A DNA stretch of 64,000 bases, taken from contig NW_027191413.1 in NCBI RefSeq assembly GCF_041146345.1, positions 2,480,001-2,544,000 on the forward strand. Reading direction: 5' to 3'. The translations under genes and the position numbers were made by a program. Numbering within the stretch: the first letter of the stretch is position 1; the number at the start of each line of letters is the position of its first letter. This DNA is from Neodothiora populina. Its lineage: Eukaryota. A model generated the notes under the pieces. The model was not told where the DNA came from. It saw only the letters and a list, made by a program, of their open reading frames with translations, and searched no databases. Shown here one piece after another: positions 25,801-38,231 of the stretch.

Positions 25801-28800
25801 ACGCAGACCAGTCTGAAAAGGACTGCCGCGGAGGCGAACCAAGAGATTGCGATTGTTTGGCTGTGGCGACGCGTCGCCATAGCGGTGTAGCATCCGTCCT
25901 GTCGAGCTTGGCCTACCACCGCCTATGGACTCGGATTCACCAGGAACTTCCTTTGAGACTTCTTATGACGTTGTTGAAGTCACTGCACTTTCATTGGTCG
26001 GCGAACAAAGAGCTCTTTCCCTGTCTTTCAAGTCATAGTTTCACAAGAAATATACGAAGAAACTCCGGCCGAAGATCGATGGCATTTCCCGATGCTGATA
26101 AGGTTCCTGGATAGATTAATCATCTGCCTAAAGGTGTTATACTTGACAGACCAAGTGGATCTGCATGATCGCGCGGCGCGTGATGGGACACCATTGCATA
26201 GGACTCGATAGTTTCGTTCTCAGAGATTTGCATATGCCGACTCAAGCCTGAAGGCTATAACCTGCTCTGTGGGTAGATGATGACATGAAAATCTTGCAGA
26301 GCGTAAAACATGGTCGACAGTGTGCAACTCGAAGGTACCTTGAAGATGATTCCCAGGTACCGCCCCCCCAGTACATGAGCCAGTCTCTGCGGAAACGAAT
26401 TAAGGGCACCGCTTGGACGTGACGCAGCAATACAATAATCTTTTATATTGCCATGCATGAGGCACATATCACCGCTTACATACCGCCGCTTGACTCGAAC
26501 CGGGAACGAACTGCAGAACAAAGCGTAAGCTGATGATGGCCGTATGGTGCCTCTTAGGTTCGGCAAAATCACAAAGGTACCGATGAACCTCACTGCATAA
26601 GCAGGACTTTATTTTCGTTTTCGATGATTGTTGTCCCTTGGAACCGCTGTTTGGAGATAGCCGTTACCACCAGAGGTTCGTCTCGGGGCCCATGACACAT
26701 GTAGGTTTGGTTAGTGTGATTCACGCACAGAGCGTCTCATCCAAACAGCTGCGATTAGCACGGGATTGTCAATCCTCGTTGTGACAGCCGAACCTCGCAG
26801 TTCGCGCTCCATGCGTAGGCTAGAGGCACATGTATCGATACGGATGGACTGTCATGATCAGAGGCCGCGCTCATTTCGGGAAGAGCTCGTTGCTTGCATT
26901 ACGTCGCGTGGCGGGGAAGTACGAGATGGCAATCAACAATTGCTGCACCATGTGGTAGACTAGTCAGCTGCACATGAAGCCCAGCGGAGAACCTCACTTG
27001 ATATCGATGATTTATGTATGTATGTATCGTCAACAGCATGTTGATAGTGTATTGACCATGATTTAATATATCGATGGCTGTCGGCTGGTCTCAATCGACT
27101 GAGAGCCACAGGACGACTCATATCCCTGGGAATCGTTCATGCGACGCCTGCTGCAACGGCAACAGACTCATGTCTGCAGACTTCTGCATCGAGGGCCAGC
27201 ACTCGATGCCTATGGGGAGATATGCATCAGTTGGGATTATTGCAATCGAAGCTGAGGCTCAAACCGCTTGGGATGGCACAGACCAGATGAGCTTCGGCAG
27301 AACGGCTGACCACTCATCTCACCGAGTCATTTGTAGTATCACTCAAGATCGAGGCTTCTCGTCATGCCCTGGTTAAATTTGTGTGAGAGACACAGAATAT
27401 AGTTTCAAGCACATACTCCGTCCCAGGAGGAAGCCTAGCAGCAACGGTTCTGTTCTGGAAGACTTCCATAATGACAGGCTGACACGTAATTAGATGCGCG
27501 TGTCAACATATGCCCTTGCAGACGAGCTGAGGCATTCAGCAGCATTCCGCGCTGTCTATGCGAAAGCAGCGGTAAGCTGGGAGAAATGTACGAGTACAGC
27601 AGTACTGGCAATTTTGTTGTCCGAGCTTTGTCCTGATTAATGAAGACTTGTTATTGGAAGGGCATTATCCATCATGTAACGAAGCTTGAGGTACACACAC
27701 GTGACGAGAACATCGAATCCAGAAGGGTCGCAGCCTATGAACAATCCACTGCGTCATTCCTGTAGAAGGTTCGAAACCATGATTGGTGATTTTCGTGTAG
27801 CGTACAAGCACCAAGGCCATTCTGCAAGTACAGGACCCGGTGGATGATGTATTACTGTAGATGTCAACGTTGTGATCGACATAGCCTCTTTTCTTCGACA
27901 AGCCTTGTCACGCTCACCCACGCGAGGCCCGGCAGGGGGGCAGCGGGATCTTCGTGCGCCGGGAAAGATCATTTACATGGAGTCCACGAGGATGCTGTGA
28001 AGATCTTCTTAACAGTCAAGGCAAGGTGGTCGATTGTGATTAGATCATGCCTCGGCAGAACAAGCGCTCGGATAAAAGCTATTGTTACATCGCTCTGATT
28101 TCCTCTGGGAAAACCCTGCTCATAATACCATTTTGATACAACGACATTCATCAAATGAGAGATGAGACAAGCTTCAATTGAGTTCGAGTGCATGGTGTTG
28201 ATGCTCCACACAGCTCACCGTGGAATGAACGGGGTGGGGGAGCGCCGCCAGTTGCGCCGATCAAGATAGCACAGGACATTGAGTATGATACGAAGGCGCT
28301 GGCGGGTTTTTTTAGAGCTTGCGTTAGAAAGCCTAACCACACAGGGACCGCCGATCTCTAACTAGCAGGGGTGTAACCTAGCGTAGCGTCCCGCTGACCA
28401 AGGGTCGTCGCTCTGCCGCGACGGGACCGGAACCGAAAAACCACGGTGAAGTTCTACAAGGGCTGTCATGAAGGCCAAGCATGTTTGTGTGAGACACACC
28501 AGACTCGAGGTAAGGTCATGGCTGAATGGACAAATCAAGACAGATCCCTCCTGATTGCCCTCGGAGCCCCGAAAGCGCTCACTCCCACCGAAGATCCCCA
28601 CCGGGAGTGCAAGAGAATCTGGAAATAATGCAGCAAGAATTGTTTGGAGGGGGGATTTCCCACCACAAAGGTACCCTACCCTGCCTGCACACCTTAACCT
28701 ACGGTACCCTGAAGTAAAAGTCGTAAGCGAGCAATCCGGAACATGGTCTGTGGGCCAAACGGTCAACCGTTGACTGACAGGCGTTAGTCCGATTCATCAC

Positions 28801-29590
28801 CCTCCATCCTCGTGCGACTTGGGCCACCGACGCTATTAGAAGGGTACCGATGCGTCAGACTGAGCTTTGGGCTGCGCCCCCAAAAGCGCTACAGAGATAG
28901 TCGGAAGCTGGCTATGTGTCAAAAGATCCTGCACATCTTCTGCGAATCGACGCCAAACAATTTACACCAAACAAATGTGCGTCTTTGCGCCACGCCGATC
29001 CCCATCGCATCGGCAAGCTAATCATGCTGGCATTTTCCTGCCTGCAGCAAGTCCCTCCGCGCTTAGACATCTCAGAGTGAGGATAGATTAATCGCAAGGA
29101 TCAGCCTCCCCGCTTAGCACGAGATTCGCGTTGCTTCTCCCAATGGTGCCCGGATCTCGCGATGCTCTGGGTACGTTGCCCGCACCCCAGAAGCAACAAG
29201 GCATCTTCGGCCACTCTATCTCGCTAAATCTCTCGATTTCTAGCCTCGTAAGCAAGCGTCTAACATCATTTCGAACCCTGTTAGTGTATATCCTTCATCT
29301 CACCCTTTTGCTCGTGAACCTGTCGACCGCCATTGTATATGCGGCGCTTGTTGTCCTGCCATTATTGTCTCCTCTACGCCAAAGAATAAGTTGCTCCGGA
29401 TCACTTCTGCCGACCGAGTCCTCACCTTGATATACTGTCTTGCGTCTATCTTCAATACACGAGTACATTGCCTTGTCGTTCTCTTCCTCCATAATCTGTA
29501 CGCCACCGTCGATCTAGGAACTTGGCACTTTCCGCTGTGCAAACAAGGAAGAAAGACGTTCAGTATCCGACTTGATATTCAGATTCCGCG

Positions 29591-30766
29591 ATGGAGGTCG
29601 CCACCTACATGCCTTACCAGCATCGGTCTTACCAACCCAGTTACCACACCCACCGTTACGCGCAGTATCCAGACCCTCGAGCGCATACATCTCACCCCAT
29701 AGCCACAGAGTCCCATCCGCCGACGGACTATAGTGCCTTCGAAACTGCCAGGAGAGCCGGACACTCTGTACATTCCACCAGCATGCACACTTCACACGCA
29801 AGCGACGAGGTGAACAAACCTTCCCTGCCTTCCATCTCCAACCTATTGGGTATCGCCGATGGCGAGAGGACTTCTCTTCCCAATCAAGACAATGGTATGC
29901 CATTTTTTAGTGTTCCCTCCAATCGCTTTTACTTACACCTAAAAGGTGCTGCCCCTGCGTCGCAACAACAACAGCAACAGCAACAACAACAACAACAACA
30001 ACAACAGCAGCAACAGCAGCAACAACCGGCATATTATCCGCCCACGATGGCCGAGACTACATCTGTACCAACTTACGGCACCACTACCGATATGGCAATG
30101 CACCAAAGACCTACAGTTGCGCCGACACCTCCCCCACTTCGTTCGGATTCAGTGGTCGAACCTACGAACAGCCCTTCAATCACATCGCAGTCATCAATTT
30201 CCGCACCGACATACTTCCTTGGGTCGTCGTTGAACAATGTGGAGCCTCATCAGCAGCGAGTTGCGCCGATAGCGAAGCGTCATTCAGTCCCGATGCAAGC
30301 GGGAGGACCAATGTACTCGACCTCTCCGTATGCGATCCCGCACTACAACTCTTCGCCAGGTGGACTCTCGACAAGCTCATACTACTCAGCCGACGGCGTC
30401 TATACAGTAAGCGGAATGTACCATCAGCAAAGACCACTGCCGTCAAACTTCCCTCCGGTCATGACTGCACCGGTTGTGGCAGCTTCGAGCCTACCGTCGC
30501 CTACTATGTGGCAACATCACCACTACATCAACCCGTCAAGCCATACGTCCTACCCACAGTCTCAGGACAGATACATCTGCGGGACGTGCCACAAAGCATT
30601 TTCTCGACCTAGCAGCTTGAAAATCCATAGTCACAGTCACACGGGAGAAAAGCCTTTCAAATGTCCCCACCCGAATTGCGGCAAGGCGTTCAGTGTCAGG
30701 AGCAATATGAAGAGACACGAACGGGGATGCCACACGGGCACCTCTAGCATCATGGGCGGCATGTGA
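29591..30766 (+). CDS. mtfA: C2H2 zinc-finger transcription factor, MtfA-like
   Basis: Two C-terminal fingers [55 protein letters not shown] closely resemble Aspergillus MtfA as I recall it. Also LPSISNLL and WQHHHY motifs; probable 51-nt intron 29895-29945. Confidence 0.85.
   Translation: MEVATYMPYQHRSYQPSYHTHRYAQYPDPRAHTSHPIATESHPPTDYSAFETARRAGHSVHSTSMHTSHASDEVNKPSLPSISNLLGIADGERTSLPNQDNGMPFFSVPSNRFYLHLKGAAPASQQQQQQQQQQQQQQQQQQQQQPAYYPPTMAETTSVPTYGTTTDMAMHQRPTVAPTPPPLRSDSVVEPTNSPSITSQSSISAPTYFLGSSLNNVEPHQQRVAPIAKRHSVPMQAGGPMYSTSPYAIPHYNSSPGGLSTSSYYSADGVYTVSGMYHQQRPLPSNFPPVMTAPVVAASSLPSPTMWQHHHYINPSSHTSYPQSQDRYICGTCHKAFSRPSSLKIHSHSHTGEKPFKCPHPNCGKAFSVRSNMKRHERGCHTGTSSIMGGM
29963..30025 (+). 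repeat. CAA/CAG repeat encoding Q21 in the mtfA-like gene
   Basis: 21 consecutive CAA/CAG codons. Confidence 0.95.
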
Positions 30767-31326
30767 GGCGGTCAGCTGTGGCGGTGGAAGCGTTAAACGA
30801 TTCCACTTCTTTATTTGTTTTTTTTTATTTGTTTGTTTCATCGATACCACTATCGCAATAAGGACTGGCGCAATGAGATCATGGGCTGGGCTTAGGGTCT
30901 ACTCGGTTTGGGTTGGGAGTTGCGGCGGCGCTTCGGCGGTCAATAATGGCCTGGATCAACGGATGCTGTCCTTGCCGGAGGAGGCTCTTTGGGTGTAGTT
31001 AGAGAATATGCACTGATAAAGACCGGGTACATTAGAATGCTAGACAAGGCACGACGAAAAAAATGACATGCAGCTTTGACCGATTCGTACAACAAGAGAG
31101 CATTTTCCAGCCTGATGGTCATCTTTTGTGCAGAAACCAGATGTGGATTAATATCAGAACGTCCTACAATGGTACACAAGATGTCCAGACTATCAGGCCA
31201 CTTTTCTGACTCGTGACAATCACGTGATATGCATTGCTCGATTCGTACTCTACAGCTTGGATGTTAATCGTCAATCTTACGAAAACATGAACCTCTCGGC
31301 CAGCGGACAATATATTCCATCTCTCA

Positions 31327-34057
31327 ATGGCGCCGAAAGACGCAAATAATGGACAACATGCGAGCAAGAAGCGTAAGGGAGGCCCAGGATCCTCGTCAGA
31401 CAACAACAATAATAATGCATCGCGCATGAAGCGAGTCAAGACACAGCGCGATGCTCGTACGCTTGCTGTGCAGACCACATCAAAAGCATTCAAGAATGGT
31501 CAGTTGGATGTAGGCTCGTTCGTAAAAGCTCGAGAGTATGAGATTAGAGCTATACAAGAAGGGTTGGAGCGTTCCAAGAAGGCTTTGACGCAAAGGGCCT
31601 TCCAACAAGTCCCTAAAGAGTTGAGAAGACGAACGGCAAGTCACAATGCTAAAAGAGTACCCAAGAGGTTGCGCAAGCAAGCTGTGCGAGAAGTAAGTTT
31701 CCATTGATATACAGTATGCTTTCTGTGTCTGCTGTCTTACAGTGCACCAGATGGCTGACGACAACACACCAACTGTGACGTCTCGAAGGCGGAAGCCCAC
31801 AAGACATATGCGACTACGTATGGAGACCATTAAAAAACTTCGGGAAATTGGAGCTAGAAGAGATGTGGCTGCGAAGAAAGGCTTAGGTACAGGAGCTGCG
31901 AAGCAAGAAAGCGGTGTCCAAGGGGTTGCTGTCACGACGAGAGCCGCCAAAGTCAAGAAGAATGTTCTCAGCTCAGAGCCTCCTGTACCTGCGAAGTATC
32001 GTAAAAGACAATTGCACAAGACATGGCTACCGACACACATATATCATGCAAAGAGAGCCCATATGACTCCACCTCAAGAACCTTTGTGGAGGTTTTCAAT
32101 CCCTTTGACTTCGACGGCGAAGAGCTACCGACCGACCCACCGCGCCAGTACCGAAAAGGGGGCTATTGCCTGGGATACTAGCTATATGTCCTGCATTAAC
32201 ATCGAGGGCATCGAGGAAAGCGTGCAAGGGGTACTTAAGGCTCTGGGTGTCGGCAGCCCTGATGACACAACAACCCCATGGGGTCAGAAAGGACAGCGGT
32301 GGCGCAATGGAACCCGGATATGGCAAGGTTGGCTACATGAACGAGATTCACACCCAACGAAACCAATTGCACCAGCGACAGTGATATGGCGTGCAGAACC
32401 GCATACCCAAGCTGAGTACACGAATGGGAAGCCAAACGAGCACAATGCTTCTCGGTCCAGGAAACCTCGTCGTCAAGCCCTTGTTCGTATCCATCCTTCA
32501 GGATTTCTTCAGCTCTGGGAGCAAGTAACGCGGTTGGTCAAAGTCCAGAAGCCTCAGGCTGTGGCCGAGGATCTACGATTTGAGATCGGAAGCATTGAAA
32601 TTACCGGCCCAGCATCAACTGAGGCATTACGTAGTGCGTTGCGACCTGTGAAAGCCACAAATACAGGTGATGACAGTAACAAGACTGAAGATACATGGGC
32701 AGCACTTGGGGGTGTCACGAATCCGGCTGTGTTACCAGCCCATGTCCTCTTGGCCTTCGATATCTCTGATCCACGACTCCACCATCCCCCTAGGACGATT
32801 CAAGCCCCAGATCCAGACCAGAATAATCTTCTCAAGATCCTGTCTCAGTGGCCCTGTGATTCTAGTGATAGGATACCAGGACTCTTTGACAGAAGTAGGC
32901 GTATGGCAGCCTCTAGAGCACTATCAAGCCAAAAGGCAATCAACCGGAGAAAGACCTCGGCCGCCCCTGGATATTATCCTGTTCCACTGCCGCAGGACCC
33001 TCGTATCCCAGTCCTTGTATATCCCTCCCTCGATAGCTCTTCTGGCAAGCGAAAGCAAACAAAGTGGACCATTCTTCTCCCCTGGAAAGCCGTACCGCCA
33101 GTTTGGCAAAGTATCATGTATTATCCCTTGTCAACAGGTGGTCAAGTCAGGCTGGGAGGTTTGCAGGAACAGAGACAAATCTCCTTTGAAAGCGGATGCC
33201 CGTGGTTCCCAGCGGATTATCCAGGCACAGAAGCAGGAAAGGCATGGGAAGCATTGGAGAGCGCACGACGCAGGAAGGAGTGGGAGCGTCGGCCTAAGGG
33301 GAAGCGGGTTGAATGGGACAGTCTTGCGCTTGGCTCGGGACAGACTGGTGAAATTGGAGACGGCTCTGCATGTGATTGGACGTACCTGACCAGAACAGAG
33401 GAGCGGTCATTTGATGGTACCACCACGGCTGAGACGCGAGACGATTCGATGAAGAACACGAGTTTCCAGTTGCCTTCGAATATTGCTCGTGCACTTCTTA
33501 CAGGCTCGCCATCGAAACCATTGACATCGTCAACACTTGCGGACGCGGACAGAGGTCTCATGACAGTGCGTCTTACTCTTCTAACAAGAGGTGTGGCAAC
33601 GCCTTGCGCGAGAATCTACAGCATCCCTAAAGAGGCAAGTATCCGTTCTCAATGGCTTGCCCTTGACCCGACCACTGGAAGCAGACTATCCAGATCCTAC
33701 AAAAGAGAGTTGCCTCCCTCCCTCGGCGGCGGTCTACGAGGCCTGCCTCAATCGATCATCCAACAAAAGCTCGCAGCAGATCTGGTCTGTGATCCTGCGT
33801 CACTTGTGGAGGGTGATAAGCAACAACAGCATCCGCCCATCCCAGACAAAGAAGATCTTATCGGATTTGTCACCACAGGAGAGTTCTGTCTGACTGAAGG
33901 CAAAGGTACTGCCATTGGTAGTCTCCTAGCGTCCAAAGCACTAAGCACAGAGAGAGCGGCAGAAGGTACAATTCTCAAAAGCCACGCGAGAAGACTGTGT
34001 ATTGTCAGGAACGCGGGTGAAACAGTGGGCAGGCTGGCCGAGTGGGAGGTGGTTTAG
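31327..34057 (+). CDS. POP1: RNase P/MRP subunit Pop1, 2 exons
   Basis: FVKAREYEI, RAFQQVPKELRRRTASHNAKRVP, WLPTHIYHAKR, WDTSY, FESGCPWFPADYPGT, DLIGFVTTG. Intron 31693-31750. Confidence 0.95.
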
Positions 34058-35686
34058 GTTGGCTTTCGGAAAATGTGCTACTGTACTCCTACATACATGT
34101 ATACATAGCTGTAGACGGAGCAGGATGCGGAACCTATGCAGCGGTATAGGCACACGAAGTTTGTCGATCAGATAACCCTAGAGCAGGCCAGTACTACGGT
34201 AGGTATGCATGCAAAGTAGGTACATTCATGTACCCTGACCAATGTACCGCACCTTCACTTGCTAGACGGCTACGAGGCTCCAACCATTCCGTCTCCCTTC
34301 TGTAACATTTTCCAACACAACCAATGAGTGCAATCTTACAGTATGTTTACTCTCCATAAAAGCGACGAAATAGCGGAGTCATGCCCGAGTCCACACGCAT
34401 ACACACGGAAGACAACAAACGCAGGAACTCCTCACCCACCTGAATAATTTCTCCGAGGGAGAGAAAAGTAGGTCTAGAATAGTAGTACATCAAGGCACCT
34501 ACCTTACCTTTAGTCCGGACTTCCCAAATCACCCATGATGTACAGAATGACGATCGTCAATACCCGTCCACGATTATCCTTTTAGGTATGTTTCTCCGAA
34601 GGCGAAAGAGAGAAAACGAACGAATGTTGAAAAAGGGAGAAAGAAGAGGCCATTGGCGATTCATTTTCCGTCCTGTACCACGATACCTGGACGATATCAA
34701 TGTCTGATCACAGTACTGCCGACGAAGACAAAGGCAAAGGCCTCGGACTTGACTCCGTTGCATAAGCCATCCATCCCTTCTCTCTCCTGCATGCACTCCT
34801 TGCGCAGTAGTAGACAGAGAACTTCGCTGCTTGAGGCGTCAACACATTCATAAAACCAGACACCCCACACCATTGCTCGCCATCACGTCGTGAAGCTCTC
34901 TGTCCTCACACACCTTTCTTACTTCACATGTGATATCACTATACTGTTTCAAATTGTCGCCACCGCTCCTCCCTCGCTCCCTCTTTTCCCCCCCGGCCAC
35001 TACTGCAGTGCGGTATAGAGCATCAACCTAGGTATCGGGAGGGAAGGCAAGGTATTACTACTACGCCCGGACGGATATACTGTATGTACTGTACCCGCGA
35101 GACCAGAAGTCTGAGCCAAAGGGTCTGGCGAGTCCCACAGTTTTTCGCGATCATGCATGCAGTAGTTCGACGGGGGCACACGGGCACGAGAGGGCGCAGG
35201 TACAGTAGTGTCAGAGAGAGGGAAAAAATGCGAAGGGTCTGCTGCTGTCGTCCAAAAATAAACGATTTGACGGGATCATGCAGTTCTGACTTCTGATCGA
35301 CGTTCTATTGTCCCCTTCGTGGAGAGCGAAGAAGAGGCGGCGGCGGCGGTGGAGGGGCAAAAATCGAGGACATGGGGGGGGGGGGGGGGCGAAGAAGAGA
35401 GGGGCGATTTCCCGGCTCTAGCCATCAGAGACATTATAACGTAGACCCACATGGGACTATCACACTAAAATACAACAGTTCCTAGACTATAGTCTACACT
35501 AAGAGTTGAGCTGACCACGCTACTTTACAGTACTGTGACGGAGTAATGGTATTTCGAAGCCATGCAGCAGCCAGCGCCTTTTTACCCGTGATATACAGGT
35601 CGTGCGCAGGGCCTTGGGGGTGGTCCCCCCTTCTCGATAGTTTCCTTTTGCTAATCAACAGCTGTCTTCTGCCTGGCATCATTGAT

Positions 35687-37516
35687 TCAGTCCCCGAGAG
35701 CGATCCGAGCACTGGAGAATCGATCATGGCGATTTTGTGGATTCATCGTCCGGTGTCTATTGTTATTATTGCTCCCGGGCGAACAGGCCGATCGAGGACG
35801 GTGATCCGGCACCTCTTTAGCTCGTCTTTTAGTCTGTGGTCCCACTTCATCGGCGTCTTCGTTATGATGCCGGTATGACACGCCACCTTGGAAGCTGCTG
35901 CTGCTACTGTTGTTGCTGACCCGAGCGAACGGCCCAGGGTGGGTTGAAGAGGCTAATGAAGCAGAGTATTGTCGCGGATGCTTTTGCGAGTGCAGTTCAT
36001 ATGGTGGGCGGTGCATTGGCTGTTGTGCAGGCGATACACCGCTTACTTGACTCTGCAGTGGGGAAACTCGACGTTTTCGGGTCGGAGTTCGCAATAGGTC
36101 GGCGGCGTAGCGGCTTGCCTGACCGTCATGATGATCAGGCCGGGATCGATGCAGAGCGTTGTTGTCATCGTCGTCTAATGCCACTTCCTCTTGGTCAGGT
36201 ACTTCAGTCTCGGCTTCACTGTCATCGGTCGCGGAAACCGTGCCATCGGAATCGTGGGCTCTATGATGCCGTATAACGGTAGGGGTGGTGGCGGAGGAAG
36301 TCGATGCGGATATTCGGTTATTCTTGACTTTGCTGATGGTGAGCGGGCCCATTCGCGGGGCAGGCGCCGACATGGGCACTCTGGCGTTGTGCGTGAGGTG
36401 GTGCATGCTCTGAGGTGTCTCATATGCGTTGCGCGACACCGCTCGGGGCTGGGCAGTTTGGGGAGTCAAGGGCATCGAGGCAATGTAACCACGTTTCCGC
36501 TTAGGCGTGGTAGGCTCGACCGACGATGATGCATTGCTCATATATTGGGTTGCGTGTAGAAGAGCAGCGAATGGCTTAGGCTCTTGCGAGTAAGTCGTCG
36601 GTGAAACGTGGTGTTGAGGACGGTATGGAGTGCTTCTCTCTGAGCGAGGCGTGCTATCCGGCGCGCCAGACACGCGTCGATACCGATTGAGATGATCTCT
36701 GTTTTCTTGCAGACGCTCTCGCAAGAGTCCGATGCGATCGGTCATGGAAGCGATCTCGCTCTCCTGTTGTACTATCATCCTCTTCTGCTGGGCGATGGTT
36801 GACTCGTTGTGGGCGTTGCGAGCTTTGAGCTGACGAATCTCATTGACCATAGCATCGTAAAGGTCGACATGGACCGACCGAATGTTTGGATCGATGCGGG
36901 GTTCTACCGAGACAGGGGCAGGCGCAGGTGGTTGCTGTTGTTGGTATAGCTGTTGCTGCTGTTGCTGCTGTTGCTGTTCGGCGATGGCTTGATCGCCGGA
37001 TTGCAGGACTTCGAGCTCTGCCTGTGCCATGTTCATCTCGACCTGAATGCGCTCTGCGGCTTCGGCGCTCTCAATGGTCAACATCTGATACTGCAGTCTG
37101 TAGTGCGCAGCGTCGGTGCGGGCTTCTTGTAGTGCAGGCATCAGGTCGTTGACAATGGAGCGCAGCGCTTCTGGCGATGCTTGCCGGATGGCTTCGTTGG
37201 ACAAAGACGAGACATCTCTCGCGACAACATTGAGGTTACTTGCGCGAGTGCTTATGGTTGGTGGGGGGGAAGACAGGTGCGATGTTGCTGGCCTGGAACT
37301 GGGGCTTGCGCTCCGCGATGACGCAAGCACAAGTGGTGTTTGCGACGAAGGCGGCGGCGTGTCGAAGGATGAACCTCTCGGTGGCGCCTTGTCGAAGCCT
37401 TGCACATTCGAGAGATTGGAGATGCTCGGAAGACTTAGGAGTCCAGGAAGAGTCGCATAGGTAGGAATAGGGGTGACCGGAAGAGAGGTCGCTGTTGCTC
37501 TCTGCGTACCTTCCAT
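35687..37516 (-). CDS. Hypothetical coiled-coil protein with S/T-P-rich disordered regions and basic NLS-like motifs
   Basis: 610-codon open frame from MEGTQR (ATG 37516). Coiled-coil-like LQEARTDAAHYRLQYQML…LLRERLQENRDHLNRYR; TPKRKRG and TPTRKRR; short polyQ. An upstream exon is possible (CAG acceptor near 37611). Confidence 0.75.
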   Translation of the reverse strand: MEGTQRATATSLPVTPIPTYATLPGLLSLPSISNLSNVQGFDKAPPRGSSFDTPPPSSQTPLVLASSRSASPSSRPATSHLSSPPPTISTRASNLNVVARDVSSLSNEAIRQASPEALRSIVNDLMPALQEARTDAAHYRLQYQMLTIESAEAAERIQVEMNMAQAELEVLQSGDQAIAEQQQQQQQQQLYQQQQPPAPAPVSVEPRIDPNIRSVHVDLYDAMVNEIRQLKARNAHNESTIAQQKRMIVQQESEIASMTDRIGLLRERLQENRDHLNRYRRVSGAPDSTPRSERSTPYRPQHHVSPTTYSQEPKPFAALLHATQYMSNASSSVEPTTPKRKRGYIASMPLTPQTAQPRAVSRNAYETPQSMHHLTHNARVPMSAPAPRMGPLTISKVKNNRISASTSSATTPTVIRHHRAHDSDGTVSATDDSEAETEVPDQEEVALDDDDNNALHRSRPDHHDGQASRYAADLLRTPTRKRRVSPLQSQVSGVSPAQQPMHRPPYELHSQKHPRQYSASLASSTHPGPFARVSNNSSSSSFQGGVSYRHHNEDADEVGPQTKRRAKEVPDHRPRSACSPGSNNNNRHRTMNPQNRHDRFSSARIALGD

Positions 37517-37924
37517 CTCTGGGACACCGCGGCTGGCTGGCGACGCGGGGCAGAGGATGACGACAAGAGTTGGATGATGGTAAGGTGACCTTAAGGTATT
37601 CTTCAACAACCTGCAGTTTATGCTTGGATATGCACGAACAATGATGGAAGAGAAAAGGTGTCAGAGATGAGCGATAGGTTTATGCGAAAGTACTGTGCAA
37701 GAAAGAAATAAACTGCTACAGGTAGGCTTTGGGAACTGCTACTGGTTGTGATGGCTAAAAGTCGCGAGGCTGGGAAGGTGCAACGTGACGGACTAATACT
37801 TGGCCCCAATACGGAAGTATGATTGATGCAATTGGCATGCACGAACGGTTCTTGTTGACGGGTTGGCTGGAGAGCGAGTAAGGCAGTGTACTGTGCCTGT
37901 TTGCACAGTTGTCATACACTACCT

Positions 37925-37955
37925 TACTGTACAGTACTGTACAGTACTGTACAGT
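37925..37955. repeat. Palindromic tandem repeat (TACTGTACAG)x3
   Basis: tactgtacag tactgtacag tactgtacag t, in a divergent promoter region. Confidence 0.9.
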
Positions 37956-38231
37956 GCCTAGCGAGTAGACCGGTTTCGGATAGACGAGTCCTTGAAACAC
38001 CTTGGCATCCCTCCATCTGCCCCTGGATGCCCCTCTATCTGCAACTTACTCAGACAGGAATAGTCGCCAGACCCTGGCAACAACACTTGAAGCTCCAACG
38101 GCCTGGAATGGAGGTCCATGATGTACACAGTATTGTATACGATATTCCGTAGACATCACCACTTTGACGTTTGAACGTCGTCTACCCGTGTACTTTGATA
38201 TTGGCCTTGATCGTGAATTCGGGAGGCTATC

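Noticed and set aside
34172..34181. TAACCCTA next to POP1 as a possible telomerase RNA template
   Set aside because: Only 8 nt, shorter than a 1.5-repeat template, and no pseudoknot or CR4/5-like context visible.
35374..35389. Poly-G run (also poly-C near 46174-46188)
   Set aside because: Simple homopolymers with no supporting context.
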